Assembly: GCF_050920415.1 (NCBI RefSeq) | Contig: NZ_CP169309.1 | Strand: one strand, 5' to 3' | Length of the DNA stretch: 64,000 nucleotides | From: Escherichia coli | Lineage (GTDB): Bacteria > Pseudomonadota > Gammaproteobacteria > Enterobacterales > Enterobacteriaceae | Shown here: piece after piece, positions 51,157 through 64,000 of the stretch | Position numbering within the stretch: position 1 is the first letter of the stretch | How the letters are laid out: every line of letters begins with the position of its first letter | Notes under the pieces: generated by a model | What the model saw: the letters and a program-made list of their open reading frames with translations, nothing else | Told to the model about the DNA's origin: nothing | Databases searched by the model: none | Program-made: the position numbers and the translations under genes

Positions 51157-52133
51157 GAGTGGGTTCCGTACTCTTTGTTTAGTGTGATTGTGACAGGCGT
51201 TTCACCGCCGTCTGTAAAGCGTATGCCCCGACAGCTGTATGCATAGCGATAAATTCCAGCAGGCCGGGACGCCGGTCTATTTTGCCCCAGAGTGTCAATG
51301 TTAGACTTGACGGACATTGTGCAGCGATCTGCTGCTATCCTCCGGCAAAAAACAAAATATACCTTCGTTGCGCCAATGTCACCTTTTCCGCAGCGCAAAA
51401 ACTGCGTCAGGGAGGACGAGGTCGCACATTATAACGATTTCGTAGCAATTGGCAGCTAAATACTGGTCTTATCAGGGAAGATAATCAACAGCTAACATGT
51501 AAATAACCTTCAACACCGTGTAATTTGCAACAAGCCGCACAATTCACGAAATTAGCGCTATCGTCGACGGAACTTCTTATAACGTAAGGCTAAAAGCTGT
51601 AAAGCCAGCTCTGCGAAGATGAGGGGCTGCAATGAGATGATCCTCACAGACCACAAATAATGTAGGGATGTCAGGATCGCGGCAAGATAGACGACATTAC
51701 GCAGCGGTTGCTGGTGATTACTCAATTTTCACGGCATCGTCTGGATAAACGTGAATGCTAAAGCACGCAAAATCAACAAACTGACAATGCTCAGCATCAA
51801 ATACGTTCGAGTGGTTAATTTGTAGGCAAATAAAATCAGATTATTCACCCCATGGTACCAGAAATCAGTAACAGGTTAAGCGTAGCGTCGCCCAGGCAAA
51901 GCACCATAAACCTAACAGGCGACGGAGGCGTATCAATAATGGCTGTTTAGTGGAGTAACAGTGCGCATCAATTTATGGTCAGTCGAAATCATGACTTTCC
52001 AGTTTGGATGATGTTGTACAACTTCATGACCAAGATGTTCGACGAAAGCTGTCCGGCTAACCGCTTTTCCCGTTAACCGATTGAATAATGATTTCAAAAT
52101 GAGTTCCCTCTCTTATTAATCCTTGCTAAATGG

Positions 52134-53108
52134 TTAGTTAATCTTCACCAGCGTGCGACCCTGGATCTGGTTATTAATGATGGCTTCGGCAAATTTTGGT
52201 GCTTCTGCCAGAGATATCTCTTTTGCTGCCTGGGTATAGAATGATTCCGGTAAATCGGCGACCAGTCGCTGCCAGGCTTGTGCGCGGCGTGCTGGTGGCG
52301 TCATCACTGAATCCACCCCCTGTAAACGGACATTACGCAGAATAAATGGCATGACCGTGGTTGGCAGAGTAAAACCACCCGCCAGACCACAGGCCGCCAC
52401 GCAGCCGCCGTAATTCATTTGCGCCAGCACTTTCGCCAGCACTTTGTCGCCAACGGTGTCAATTGCCCCAGCCCAGAGTTGTTTTTCCAGAGGACGGGAT
52501 TCGGCAAACTCATCGCGAGGGAGAATACGGCTGGCACCTAAACTTTTCAGATATTCATGGGTACTTTCGCGACCGGAAACGGCAACGACCTGATAACCCA
52601 ACTTATGCAGCAGCGCCACGGCGGTACTGCCGACGCCACCACTGGCACCCGTTACGACAATCTCGCCGTCCTGCGGGCGAACACCGGCATCTTCCAGCGC
52701 CATCACACACAGCATGGCGGTAAAACCGGCAGTACCGATAATCATTGCTTTACGCGCGTCCAGCCCTTGCGGCATGGCAACCAGCCAGTCACCTTTCACT
52801 CGCGCCTGCTCCGCCAGCCCACCCCAGTGGTTTTCACCAACGCCCCAGCCAGTGAGTAATACGTCCTGACCGGCATGAAAACGCGGATCTTCGCTGGTGC
52901 GTACAGTTCCGGCAAAATCGATCCCAGGAATCATCGGAAAATTACGGATGATTTTTCCCTTACCGGTAATTGCCAGCGCATCTTTGTAGTTCAGGCTCGA
53001 CCAGTGAACATCAACCGTGACATCGCCCTCCGGCAGGCGACTTTCGTCCAGAGTCTGTACCGATGCGAGAGTTTTGCCGTCCTGCTGTTCTAAAAGTAAC
53101 GCCTGCAT
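52134..53108 (-). CDS. acuI: NADPH-dependent acrylyl-CoA reductase AcuI/YhdH (324 aa)
   Basis: ORF MQALLLEQQDGKTLASVQTLDESRLPEGDVTVDVHWSSLNYKDALAITGKGKIIRNFPMIPGIDFAGTV... MDR/quinone-oxidoreductase fold. Confidence 0.93.
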   Translation of the reverse strand: MQALLLEQQDGKTLASVQTLDESRLPEGDVTVDVHWSSLNYKDALAITGKGKIIRNFPMIPGIDFAGTVRTSEDPRFHAGQDVLLTGWGVGENHWGGLAEQARVKGDWLVAMPQGLDARKAMIIGTAGFTAMLCVMALEDAGVRPQDGEIVVTGASGGVGSTAVALLHKLGYQVVAVSGRESTHEYLKSLGASRILPRDEFAESRPLEKQLWAGAIDTVGDKVLAKVLAQMNYGGCVAACGLAGGFTLPTTVMPFILRNVRLQGVDSVMTPPARRAQAWQRLVADLPESFYTQAAKEISLAEAPKFAEAIINNQIQGRTLVKIN

Positions 53109-53259
53109 AAGTGGTCCTCATGTGCATGATGGATTGGAAAATAATTTCTGAAGACTATACTCGCTAATGGAAAAGCAAAGCCGATGAAGCGCAATAAATT
53201 GCGAGATAAATCTGATTTGCTAGTATGCCCGCTTCCTCACTATCGGAGTTAACACAAGG

Positions 53260-55200
53260 ATGAGATTAACGACGAAATTTTCGGCCTTTGTTACGCTGCT
53301 CACCGGGTTAACAATTTTTGTGACTTTGTTGGGCTGTTCGCTAAGTTTCTACAACGCCATTCAGTATAAGTTTAGTCATCGCGTTCAGGCGGTGGCGACG
53401 GCGATTGATACCCACCTTGTGTCGAATGACTTCAGCGCATTAAGGCCACAAATTACCGAATTAATGATGTCAGCAGATATCGTTCGTGTAGACCTGCTGC
53501 ATGGTGATAAACAGGTTTATACCCTCGCCAGAAATGGTAGTTATCGTCCGGTTGGCACCAGCGATCTGTTTCGCGAACTGAGCGTTCCGTTGATAAAGCA
53601 TCCGGGGATGTCGCTGCGTCTGGTTTATCAGGATCCGATGGGCAACTATTTCCATTCGTTGATGACCACCGCGCCGCTCACGGGGGCGATTGGCTTTATC
53701 ATTCTTATGCTCTTCCTGGCGGTACGCTGGTTACAACGGCAACTTGCCGGGCAAGAATTGCTGGAAACCCGGGCTACTCGTATCTTAAACGGTGAGCGTG
53801 GCTCTAATGTGTTGGGAACCATCTATGAATGGCCGCCCAGAACCAGCAGTGCGCTGGATACGCTGCTTCGTGAAATTCAGAACGCACGCGAACAACACAG
53901 CCGTCTTGATACGCTGATCCGCTCTTATGCCGCCCAGGACATGAAAACCGGCCTCAATAACCGACTCTTCTTCGATAATCAGTTAGCAACGTTACTGGAA
54001 GATCAGGAGAAAGTAGGTACCCACGGGATCGTGATGATGATTCGTCTACCGGATTTCAATATGTTGAGCGATACCTGGGGGCACAGCCAGGTTGAAGAAC
54101 AGTTCTTCACTCTGACGAATCTGCTGTCGACATTTATGATGCGCTACCCTGGCGCACTGCTGGCGCGTTACCACCGCAGTGATTTTGCTGCGCTGTTGCC
54201 GCACCGGACGTTAAAAGAGGCTGAGAGCATAGCCAGTCAGTTAATCAAAGCCGTCGATACCTTGCCGAACAATAAAATGCTCGATCGCGACGATATGATC
54301 CACATTGGTATCTGTGCCTGGCGTAGTGGTCAGGATACCGAGCAGGTAATGGAACATGCAGAGTCTGCCACGCGTAATGCGGGATTGCAGGGCGGCAATA
54401 GCTGGGCTATTTACGATGACTCGTTGCCTGAAAAAGGACGCGGTAATGTTCGCTGGCGTACGCTTATCGAGCAAATGCTGAGTCGCGGCGGCCCGCGCCT
54501 TTATCAAAAACCTGCGGTTACTCGCGAAGGTCAGGTTCATCATCGCGAACTCATGTGCCGCATCTTCGATGGTAATGAAGAGGTTAGCTCGGCGGAGTAT
54601 ATGCCGATGGTCTTGCAGTTTGGCTTATCGGAAGAGTATGACCGCCTGCAAATCAGCCGTCTTATTCCACTATTGCGTTACTGGCCGGAGGAAAATCTGG
54701 CGATTCAGGTTACCGTTGAGTCGCTGATTCGCCCGCGTTTTCAGCGTTGGCTGCGCGATACGTTAATGCAATGTGAAAGATCGCAACGAAAACGCATAAT
54801 TATTGAACTTGCAGAGGCCGATGTAGGTCAACATATCAGTCGTTTACAACCTGTTATTCGTTTAGTGAATGCTTTAGGGGTGCGGGTAGCCGTCAACCAG
54901 GCTGGTTTGACGCTGGTAAGCACCAGTTGGATCAAAGAACTTAATGTTGAGTTACTCAAGCTCCATCCGGGGCTGGTCAGAAACATTGAGAAGCGAACGG
55001 AGAATCAGCTGCTGGTTCAAAGCCTGGTGGAAGCCTGCTCCGGGACCAGCACCCAGGTTTACGCCACCGGCGTGCGTTCGCGAAGCGAGTGGCAGACCCT
55101 GATTCAGCGCGGTGTTACAGGTGGGCAAGGGGATTTTTTCGCGTCCTCACAGCCACTTGATACTAACGTGAAAAAATATTCACAAAGATACTCGGTTTAA
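53260..55200 (+). CDS. csrD: RNase E specificity factor CsrD (degenerate GGDEF-EAL protein, 646 aa)
   Basis: ORF MRLTTKFSAFVTLLTGLTIFVTLLGCSLSFYNAIQYKF... N-terminal TM segments followed by GGDEF-like and EAL-like regions; upstream of mreB. Confidence 0.92.
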   Translation: MRLTTKFSAFVTLLTGLTIFVTLLGCSLSFYNAIQYKFSHRVQAVATAIDTHLVSNDFSALRPQITELMMSADIVRVDLLHGDKQVYTLARNGSYRPVGTSDLFRELSVPLIKHPGMSLRLVYQDPMGNYFHSLMTTAPLTGAIGFIILMLFLAVRWLQRQLAGQELLETRATRILNGERGSNVLGTIYEWPPRTSSALDTLLREIQNAREQHSRLDTLIRSYAAQDMKTGLNNRLFFDNQLATLLEDQEKVGTHGIVMMIRLPDFNMLSDTWGHSQVEEQFFTLTNLLSTFMMRYPGALLARYHRSDFAALLPHRTLKEAESIASQLIKAVDTLPNNKMLDRDDMIHIGICAWRSGQDTEQVMEHAESATRNAGLQGGNSWAIYDDSLPEKGRGNVRWRTLIEQMLSRGGPRLYQKPAVTREGQVHHRELMCRIFDGNEEVSSAEYMPMVLQFGLSEEYDRLQISRLIPLLRYWPEENLAIQVTVESLIRPRFQRWLRDTLMQCERSQRKRIIIELAEADVGQHISRLQPVIRLVNALGVRVAVNQAGLTLVSTSWIKELNVELLKLHPGLVRNIEKRTENQLLVQSLVEACSGTSTQVYATGVRSRSEWQTLIQRGVTGGQGDFFASSQPLDTNVKKYSQRYSV

Positions 55201-55378
55201 CCTGCCGTTTAATCCGTTTTCACGTAGAATAACGCGCGCTGCGTCTCATGGGAGTGTGCTTGTCTGCTCGCCAGATTGTTGCAGCACATATGCAGATGAA
55301 TGACCTTACGCGGTTGCAAACAGGCGAGGAATGCTGCTGATGCATTAAGCCTTTCTGGACTCAGGCAGAGATTTGTAA

Positions 55379-56548
<1,170 letters not shown>

Positions 56549-56613
56549 TCGGATACAGGCAGGGGAAGCGTCTGTTTACCCTGCCTGGTCTGATACGAGA
56601 ATACGCATAACTT

Positions 56614-58214
<1,601 letters not shown>

Positions 58215-58222
58215 AGGTTTCT

Positions 58223-58816
58223 ATGACTTCTCTGTATTTAGCTTCCGGTTCTCCGCGTCGTCAGGAGTTACTTGCGCAACTTGGCGTGACCTTTGAACGT
58301 ATTGTTACGGGCATTGAGGAGCAGCGTCAGCCGCAGGAGAGCGCGCAGCAATATGTTGTGCGTCTGGCGCGCGAGAAAGCACAGGCGGGTGTCACGCACA
58401 CGGCGCAGGATCTCCCGGTGCTGGGGGCGGATACTATCGTTATCCTGAATGGAGAAGTGCTGGAGAAACCGCGCGACGCAGAACATGCGGCGCAGATGTT
58501 GCGCAAATTATCGGGCCAGACCCATCAGGTGATGACGGCAGTGGCGTTGGCCGACAGTCAGCACATTCTCGATTGCCTGGTGGTCACCGATGTGACGTTC
58601 AGAACGTTAACAGACGAAGACATCGCGGGCTATGTCGCCAGCGGAGAACCGTTAGATAAAGCAGGTGCATACGGTATTCAGGGGTTGGGTGGCTGTTTTG
58701 TCAGGAAGATAAATGGCAGCTACCACGCCGTAGTCGGCTTACCGCTGGTTGAAACGTATGAATTATTAAGTAATTTTAACGCACTGCGTGAGAAAAGGGA
58801 TAAACATGACGGCTGA
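58223..58816 (+). CDS. yhdE: Maf-like nucleotide pyrophosphatase YhdE (197 aa)
   Basis: [36 protein letters not shown]... Maf family signature. Confidence 0.93.
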   Translation: MTSLYLASGSPRRQELLAQLGVTFERIVTGIEEQRQPQESAQQYVVRLAREKAQAGVTHTAQDLPVLGADTIVILNGEVLEKPRDAEHAAQMLRKLSGQTHQVMTAVALADSQHILDCLVVTDVTFRTLTDEDIAGYVASGEPLDKAGAYGIQGLGGCFVRKINGSYHAVVGLPLVETYELLSNFNALREKRDKHDG

Positions 58817-60275
58817 ATTGTTGGTAAACGTAACGCCTTCGGAAACGCGAGTGGCGTATATTGATGGCGGTATTCTGCAGGAAATTCATATTGAACGTGA
58901 GGCGCGACGCGGAATAGTAGGCAATATCTACAAGGGTCGTGTAAGTCGTGTACTTCCGGGTATGCAGGCGGCTTTTGTAGATATTGGGCTGGATAAAGCC
59001 GCGTTTCTTCATGCATCCGACATCATGCCGCATACTGAGTGTGTGGCGGGTGAAGAGCAAAAGCAATTCACGGTGCGCGACATCTCGGAACTGGTCCGTC
59101 AGGGGCAAGATCTGATGGTGCAGGTGGTGAAAGATCCGCTTGGTACTAAAGGTGCGCGCCTGACCACCGATATCACTCTGCCATCTCGCTATCTGGTTTT
59201 TATGCCAGGTGCTTCTCATGTTGGGGTTTCCCAACGTATCGAAAGCGAATCCGAACGTGAACGCCTGAAAAAAGTGGTCGCAGAGTATTGCGACGAGCAG
59301 GGCGGGTTTATCATCCGTACAGCAGCGGAAGGGGTTGGCGAGGCTGAACTGGCTTCCGATGCCGCTTATCTGAAACGTGTCTGGACCAAAGTTATGGAGC
59401 GTAAAAAGCGCCCGCAGACCCGTTATCAGCTGTACGGCGAACTGGCGTTGGCGCAGCGTGTTCTGCGTGATTTCGCTGACGCCGAGCTGGACCGCATTCG
59501 CGTTGACTCGCGCCTGACTTACGAAGCATTGCTGGAGTTTACTTCGGAGTACATTCCCGAGATGACCAGCAAGCTGGAGCATTACACCGGACGCCAGCCG
59601 ATTTTCGATCTCTTTGATGTCGAAAACGAAATCCAGCGAGCGCTGGAACGCAAAGTAGAACTGAAATCCGGTGGTTATCTGATTATCGACCAGACCGAAG
59701 CGATGACCACCGTGGACATCAATACCGGAGCGTTTGTCGGTCATCGCAATCTGGACGACACCATTTTCAATACCAATATTGAAGCGACGCAGGCTATCGC
59801 TCGCCAGTTACGGTTGCGCAATCTGGGCGGGATTATCATTATTGATTTCATCGACATGAATAATGAAGATCACCGTCGCCGCGTGTTGCATTCGCTGGAG
59901 CAGGCGTTGAGCAAAGACCGGGTGAAAACCAGCGTTAATGGTTTTTCGGCGCTGGGGCTGGTGGAGATGACGCGTAAACGCACCCGCGAAAGCATTGAGC
60001 ACGTACTATGTAACGAATGCCCAACCTGCCACGGTCGCGGAACGGTGAAAACCGTGGAAACGGTATGCTATGAAATCATGCGCGAGATTGTTCGTGTACA
60101 CCATGCTTACGATTCCGACCGTTTCCTGGTCTATGCTTCTCCGGCAGTAGCCGAAGCCTTGAAAGGCGAAGAGTCACACTCGCTGGCGGAAGTGGAAATT
60201 TTCGTTGGCAAACAGGTTAAAGTACAAATTGAACCGCTCTATAACCAGGAGCAGTTTGACGTCGTAATGATGTAA
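58806..60275 (+). CDS. rng: Ribonuclease G (489 aa)
   Basis: ORF (internal Met) [61 protein letters not shown]... S1 + RNase E/G catalytic domain; start overlaps yhdE 3' end. Confidence 0.96.
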
Positions 60276-60342
60276 ACAGATGCTGGGCCGCCATCCGGCA
60301 AAGGGTTTTTGAGTCACATTTTTAGCAGACAAGGAGTGACGG

Positions 60343-63300
60343 GTGAGGCGATTGCCGGGGATTTTACTGCTTACTGGAGCCGCGCTCGTTGTGATCGCTG
60401 CCCTGCTGGTTAGCGGCCTGCGTATTGCTTTACCGCATCTTGACGCCTGGCGTCCGGAAATCCTTAACAAAATAGAATCCGCGACTGGCATGCCGGTAGA
60501 AGCCAGTCAGCTCTCAGCCAGCTGGCAGAATTTTGGCCCGACGCTTGAAGCACACGACATCCGTGCAGAACTAAAAGATGGCGGCGAATTTTCGGTTAAA
60601 CGCGTTACGCTGGCGCTGGATGTCTGGCAAAGCCTGTTACATATGCGCTGGCAGTTTCGTGATCTCACTTTCTGGCAGCTGCGCTTTCGCACCAACACTC
60701 CTATCACCAGCGGTGGTGGTAATGATAGCCTGGAAGCCAGTCACATCAGCGATCTGTTTCTTCGTCAATTCGACCATTTCGATCTCCGTGACAGCGAAGT
60801 CAGTTTCCTGACGCCATCCGGTCAGCGTGCTGAGCTGGCGATTCCACAACTCACCTGGCTAAACGATCCACGTCGACACCGTGCGGAAGGCCAGGTAAGC
60901 CTCTCCAGCCTTACCGGACAGCACGGCGTGATGCAGGTGCGCATGGATCTGCGTGATGACGAAGGGCTGTTAAGCAACGGTCGTGTCTGGCTCCAGGCGG
61001 ATGACATCGACCTGAAGCCGTGGCTGGGTAAATGGATGCAGGACAATATTGCGCTGGAAACGGCACAGTTCTCCCTTGAAGGCTGGATGACGATCGATAA
61101 AGGCGATGTAACCGGCGGCGACGTCTGGCTGAAACAGGGCGGTGCCAGCTGGTTGGGTGAGAAGCAAACGCATACGCTGTCGGTGGATAATCTGACTGCG
61201 CACATTACGCGTGAAAATCCGGGCTGGCAGTTCTCTATTCCCGATACACGGATCACGATGGACGGTAAACCCTGGCCGAGTGGAGCATTGACGCTGGCCT
61301 GGATACCGGAACAGGACGTTGGCGGCAAAAACAATAAACGCAGTGACGAACTTCGGATTCGCGCCAGTAATCTGGAGTTGGCTGGACTGGAAGGCATACG
61401 CCCGCTGGCCGCGAAACTTTCACCTGCGTTGGGTGAGGTTTGGCGCGCCACACAACCGAGCGGCAAGATAAACACGCTGGCGCTGGATATCCCGCTTCAG
61501 GCAGCAGACAAGACCCGTTTTCAGGCATCGTGGAGCGATCTGGCCTGGAAGCAATGGAAATTATTGCCAGGTGCGGAACACTTCTCCGGGACGCTTTCCG
61601 GCAGCGTAGAAAATGGTTTGCTTACCGCGTCGATGAAACAGGCGAAGATGCCTTACGAAACGGTATTCCGTGCACCACTGGAAATCGCCGACGGCCAGGC
61701 AACTATAAGCTGGCTGAACAATGACAAAGGTTTCCAGCTGGATGGGAGTGATATTGACGTTAAAGCCAAAGCCGTCCATGCGCGCGGCGGTTTTCGTTAC
61801 CTGCAACCTGCTAACGATGAACCCTGGCTGGGTATTCTGGCTGGCATCAGTACCGATGATGGTTCACAAGCCTGGCGCTATTTCCCGGAAAACTTGATGG
61901 GTAAAGACCTGGTTGATTACTTAAGTGGCGCGATTCAGGGCGGTGAAGCGGATAACGCGACGCTGGTTTATGGTGGCAATCCGCAACTCTTCCCCTATAA
62001 ACACAACGAAGGTCAGTTTGAAGTGCTGGTGCCGCTGCGCAACGCGAAGTTTGCCTTCCAGCCGGACTGGCCTGCATTAACTAACCTTGATATTGAACTG
62101 GACTTTATTAACGACGGTTTATGGATGAAAACCGATGGCGTTAATCTGGGCGGCGTGCGCGCGAGTAATCTCACCGCAGTGATCCCTGACTACTCGAAAG
62201 AAAAACTGCTGATTGACGCTGAAATTAAAGGTCCGGGTAAAGCCGTTGGCCCTTACTTTGATGAGACACCGCTGAAAGATTCTCTGGGGGCGACCCTGCA
62301 AGAACTCCAGCTCGACGGCGATGTGAATGCTCGCTTACATCTTGATATCCCGCTGAACGGCGAACTGGTAACCGCGAAAGGTGATGTGACGCTGCGTAAT
62401 AACAGTCTGTTTATCAAACCACTCGACAGCACCCTGAAAAATTTGAGCGGTAAATTCAGCTTTATCAATGGCGATCTGCAAAGTGAACCACTGACAGCAA
62501 GCTGGTTTAATCAGCCGTTGAACGTGGATTTTTCCACCAAAGAAGGGGCAAAGGCCTACCAGGTCGCGGTGAATCTCAACGGTAATTGGCAACCAGCGAA
62601 AACCGGCGTTCTGCCTGCAGCGGTGAACGAAGCATTGAGTGGCAGCGTGGCGTGGGATGGTAAAGTGGGCATTGTTCTGCCTTATCATGCTGGCGCGACG
62701 TATAACGTAGAGCTAAACGGTGATCTGAAGAATGTGAGCAGTCACTTACCTTCACCGTTAGCCAAACCCGCTGGCGAATCGCTGCCGGTTAACATTAAGG
62801 TCGATGGCAACCTCAATAGCTTTGAATTAACCGGACAGGCTGGTGCGGATAACCATTTCAATAGCCGCTGGTTGCTCGGTCAAAAGCTGACGCTCGACCG
62901 TGCTATTTGGGCGGCAGACAGTAAAACGCTCCCGCCGTTGCCGGAACAAAGTGGTGTTGAACTCAATATGCCGCCGATGAATGGTGCCGAGTGGCTGGCC
63001 CTGTTCCAGAAAGGTGCGGCGGAGAGTGTCGGTGGTGCAGCGAGTTTCCCACAACACATAACGTTACGTACGCCTATGTTGTCGCTGGGAAATCAGCAAT
63101 GGAATAACCTGAGTATTGTTTCGCAACCGACGGCAAATGGCACCCAGGTTGAGGCGCAAGGGCGTGAAATCAACGCCACGCTGGCGATGCGTAATAACGC
63201 GCCGTGGCTGGCGAATATCAAATATCTTTATTACAACCCGAGCGAGGCGAAAACTCGTGGTGATTCAACGCCGTCATCACCTTTCCCGACAACGGAGCGC

Positions 63301-64000
63301 ATTAACTTCCGTGGCTGGCCGGACGCACAAATACGATGCGCAGAGTGCTGGTTCTGGGGGCAAAAATTCGGTCGTATTGACAGTGATCTCACCATTTCTG
63401 GCGATACATTAACGCTGACCAATGGACTGATTGATACCGGTTTTTCGCGGCTCACTGCCGATGGTGAATGGGTTAACAATCCGGGAAATGAACGCACCTC
63501 GCTGAAAGGAAAACTGCGCGGGCAGAAAATTGATGCCGCCGCAGAATTTTTTGGTGTCACGACGCCCATACGCCAGTCGTCATTTAATGTGGATTACGAT
63601 TTACACTGGCGCAAAGCACCCTGGCAGCCAGATGAGGCGACGTTGAATGGCATCATTCATACTCAACTGGGTAAAGGCGAAATTACCGAAATCAATACCG
63701 GACATGCCGGGCAATTGCTGCGCTTATTGAGCGTAGATGCCCTGATGCGTAAGCTGCGTTTTGATTTCAGAGACACTTTTGGCGAAGGGTTCTATTTTGA
63801 CTCTATTCGCAGCACCGCGTGGATTAAAGACGGCGTTATGCACACCGACGACACGCTGGTGGATGGCCTGGAAGCGGACATCGCTATGAAAGGGTCGGTA
63901 AATCTGGTACGTCGCGACCTGAATATGGAAGCGGTTGTCGCACCAGAGATTTCTGCGACGGTGGGTGTGGCTGCGGCCTTTGCGGTTAACCCCATTGTTG
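60343..64000 (+). CDS. yhdP: AsmA-like inner-membrane/periplasm-spanning protein YhdP, 5' ~1219 codons (gene continues beyond window end; GTG start)
   Basis: Frame starting GTG 60343 (VRRLPGILLLTGAALVVIAALLVSGLRIALPHLDAWRPEILNK...) is open to the window end; absent from the ORF track only because no stop lies inside the window; follows rng as in E. coli. Confidence 0.9.
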   Translation, partial: MRRLPGILLLTGAALVVIAALLVSGLRIALPHLDAWRPEILNKIESATGMPVEASQLSASWQNFGPTLEAHDIRAELKDGGEFSVKRVTLALDVWQSLLHMRWQFRDLTFWQLRFRTNTPITSGGGNDSLEASHISDLFLRQFDHFDLRDSEVSFLTPSGQRAELAIPQLTWLNDPRRHRAEGQVSLSSLTGQHGVMQVRMDLRDDEGLLSNGRVWLQADDIDLKPWLGKWMQDNIALETAQFSLEGWMTIDKGDVTGGDVWLKQGGASWLGEKQTHTLSVDNLTAHITRENPGWQFSIPDTRITMDGKPWPSGALTLAWIPEQDVGGKNNKRSDELRIRASNLELAGLEGIRPLAAKLSPALGEVWRATQPSGKINTLALDIPLQAADKTRFQASWSDLAWKQWKLLPGAEHFSGTLSGSVENGLLTASMKQAKMPYETVFRAPLEIADGQATISWLNNDKGFQLDGSDIDVKAKAVHARGGFRYLQPANDEPWLGILAGISTDDGSQAWRYFPENLMGKDLVDYLSGAIQGGEADNATLVYGGNPQLFPYKHNEGQFEVLVPLRNAKFAFQPDWPALTNLDIELDFINDGLWMKTDGVNLGGVRASNLTAVIPDYSKEKLLIDAEIKGPGKAVGPYFDETPLKDSLGATLQELQLDGDVNARLHLDIPLNGELVTAKGDVTLRNNSLFIKPLDSTLKNLSGKFSFINGDLQSEPLTASWFNQPLNVDFSTKEGAKAYQVAVNLNGNWQPAKTGVLPAAVNEALSGSVAWDGKVGIVLPYHAGATYNVELNGDLKNVSSHLPSPLAKPAGESLPVNIKVDGNLNSFELTGQAGADNHFNSRWLLGQKLTLDRAIWAADSKTLPPLPEQSGVELNMPPMNGAEWLALFQKGAAESVGGAASFPQHITLRTPMLSLGNQQWNNLSIVSQPTANGTQVEAQGREINATLAMRNNAPWLANIKYLYYNPSEAKTRGDSTPSSPFPTTERINFRGWPDAQIRCAECWFWGQKFGRIDSDLTISGDTLTLTNGLIDTGFSRLTADGEWVNNPGNERTSLKGKLRGQKIDAAAEFFGVTTPIRQSSFNVDYDLHWRKAPWQPDEATLNGIIHTQLGKGEITEINTGHAGQLLRLLSVDALMRKLRFDFRDTFGEGFYFDSIRSTAWIKDGVMHTDDTLVDGLEADIAMKGSVNLVRRDLNMEAVVAPEISATVGVAAAFAVNPIV

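Overview
This window reads as a well-characterised Escherichia coli / Shigella-type core chromosome segment, in reverse orientation to the K-12 map convention. I do not see a novel or undescribed system in it; the points below are the only things I would look at again.

Content, in order:
- 3' end of fusA, then tufA, bfd, bfr and a short prepilin-peptidase gene (hopD-like).
- The complete S10, spc and alpha ribosomal-protein operons (rpsJ to rplQ, including secY and rpoA).
- yhdN, zntR, arfA, mscL, trkA, rsmB, fmt, def, dprA, smg, yrdD, tsaC, aroE, yrdB, yrdA.
- A complete rrnD-type rRNA operon: 16S, tRNA-Ile, tRNA-Ala, 23S, 5S, tRNA-Thr, 5S.
- yhdWXYZ ABC transporter, yhdV, acrEF with divergent acrS, yhdU, yhdJ, fis, dusB, prmA, panF, yhdT, accBC, acuI, csrD, mreBCD, maf, rng and the 5' three-quarters of yhdP.

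Every protein gene I could compare has its expected length, so there are no frameshifts or truncations. I found no IS elements, integrases, phage genes, CRISPR arrays or toxin-antitoxin pairs.

Things worth a second look:
1. The 16S gene is 1536 nt, not the canonical 1542, with six single-base deletions and one substitution at normally invariant positions, all in its 5' ~900 nt.
2. The chiA and gsp type II secretion genes that K-12 carries at the tufA-bfd and bfr-rpsJ junctions are absent, leaving a 155-aa orphan peptidase.
3. yhdW is intact.
4. Two perfect palindromes lie upstream of yhdW.
5. A ~1 kb ORF-free spacer lies between acuI and accB.

All comparisons to reference sequences are from memory. 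No alignment or database search was run.
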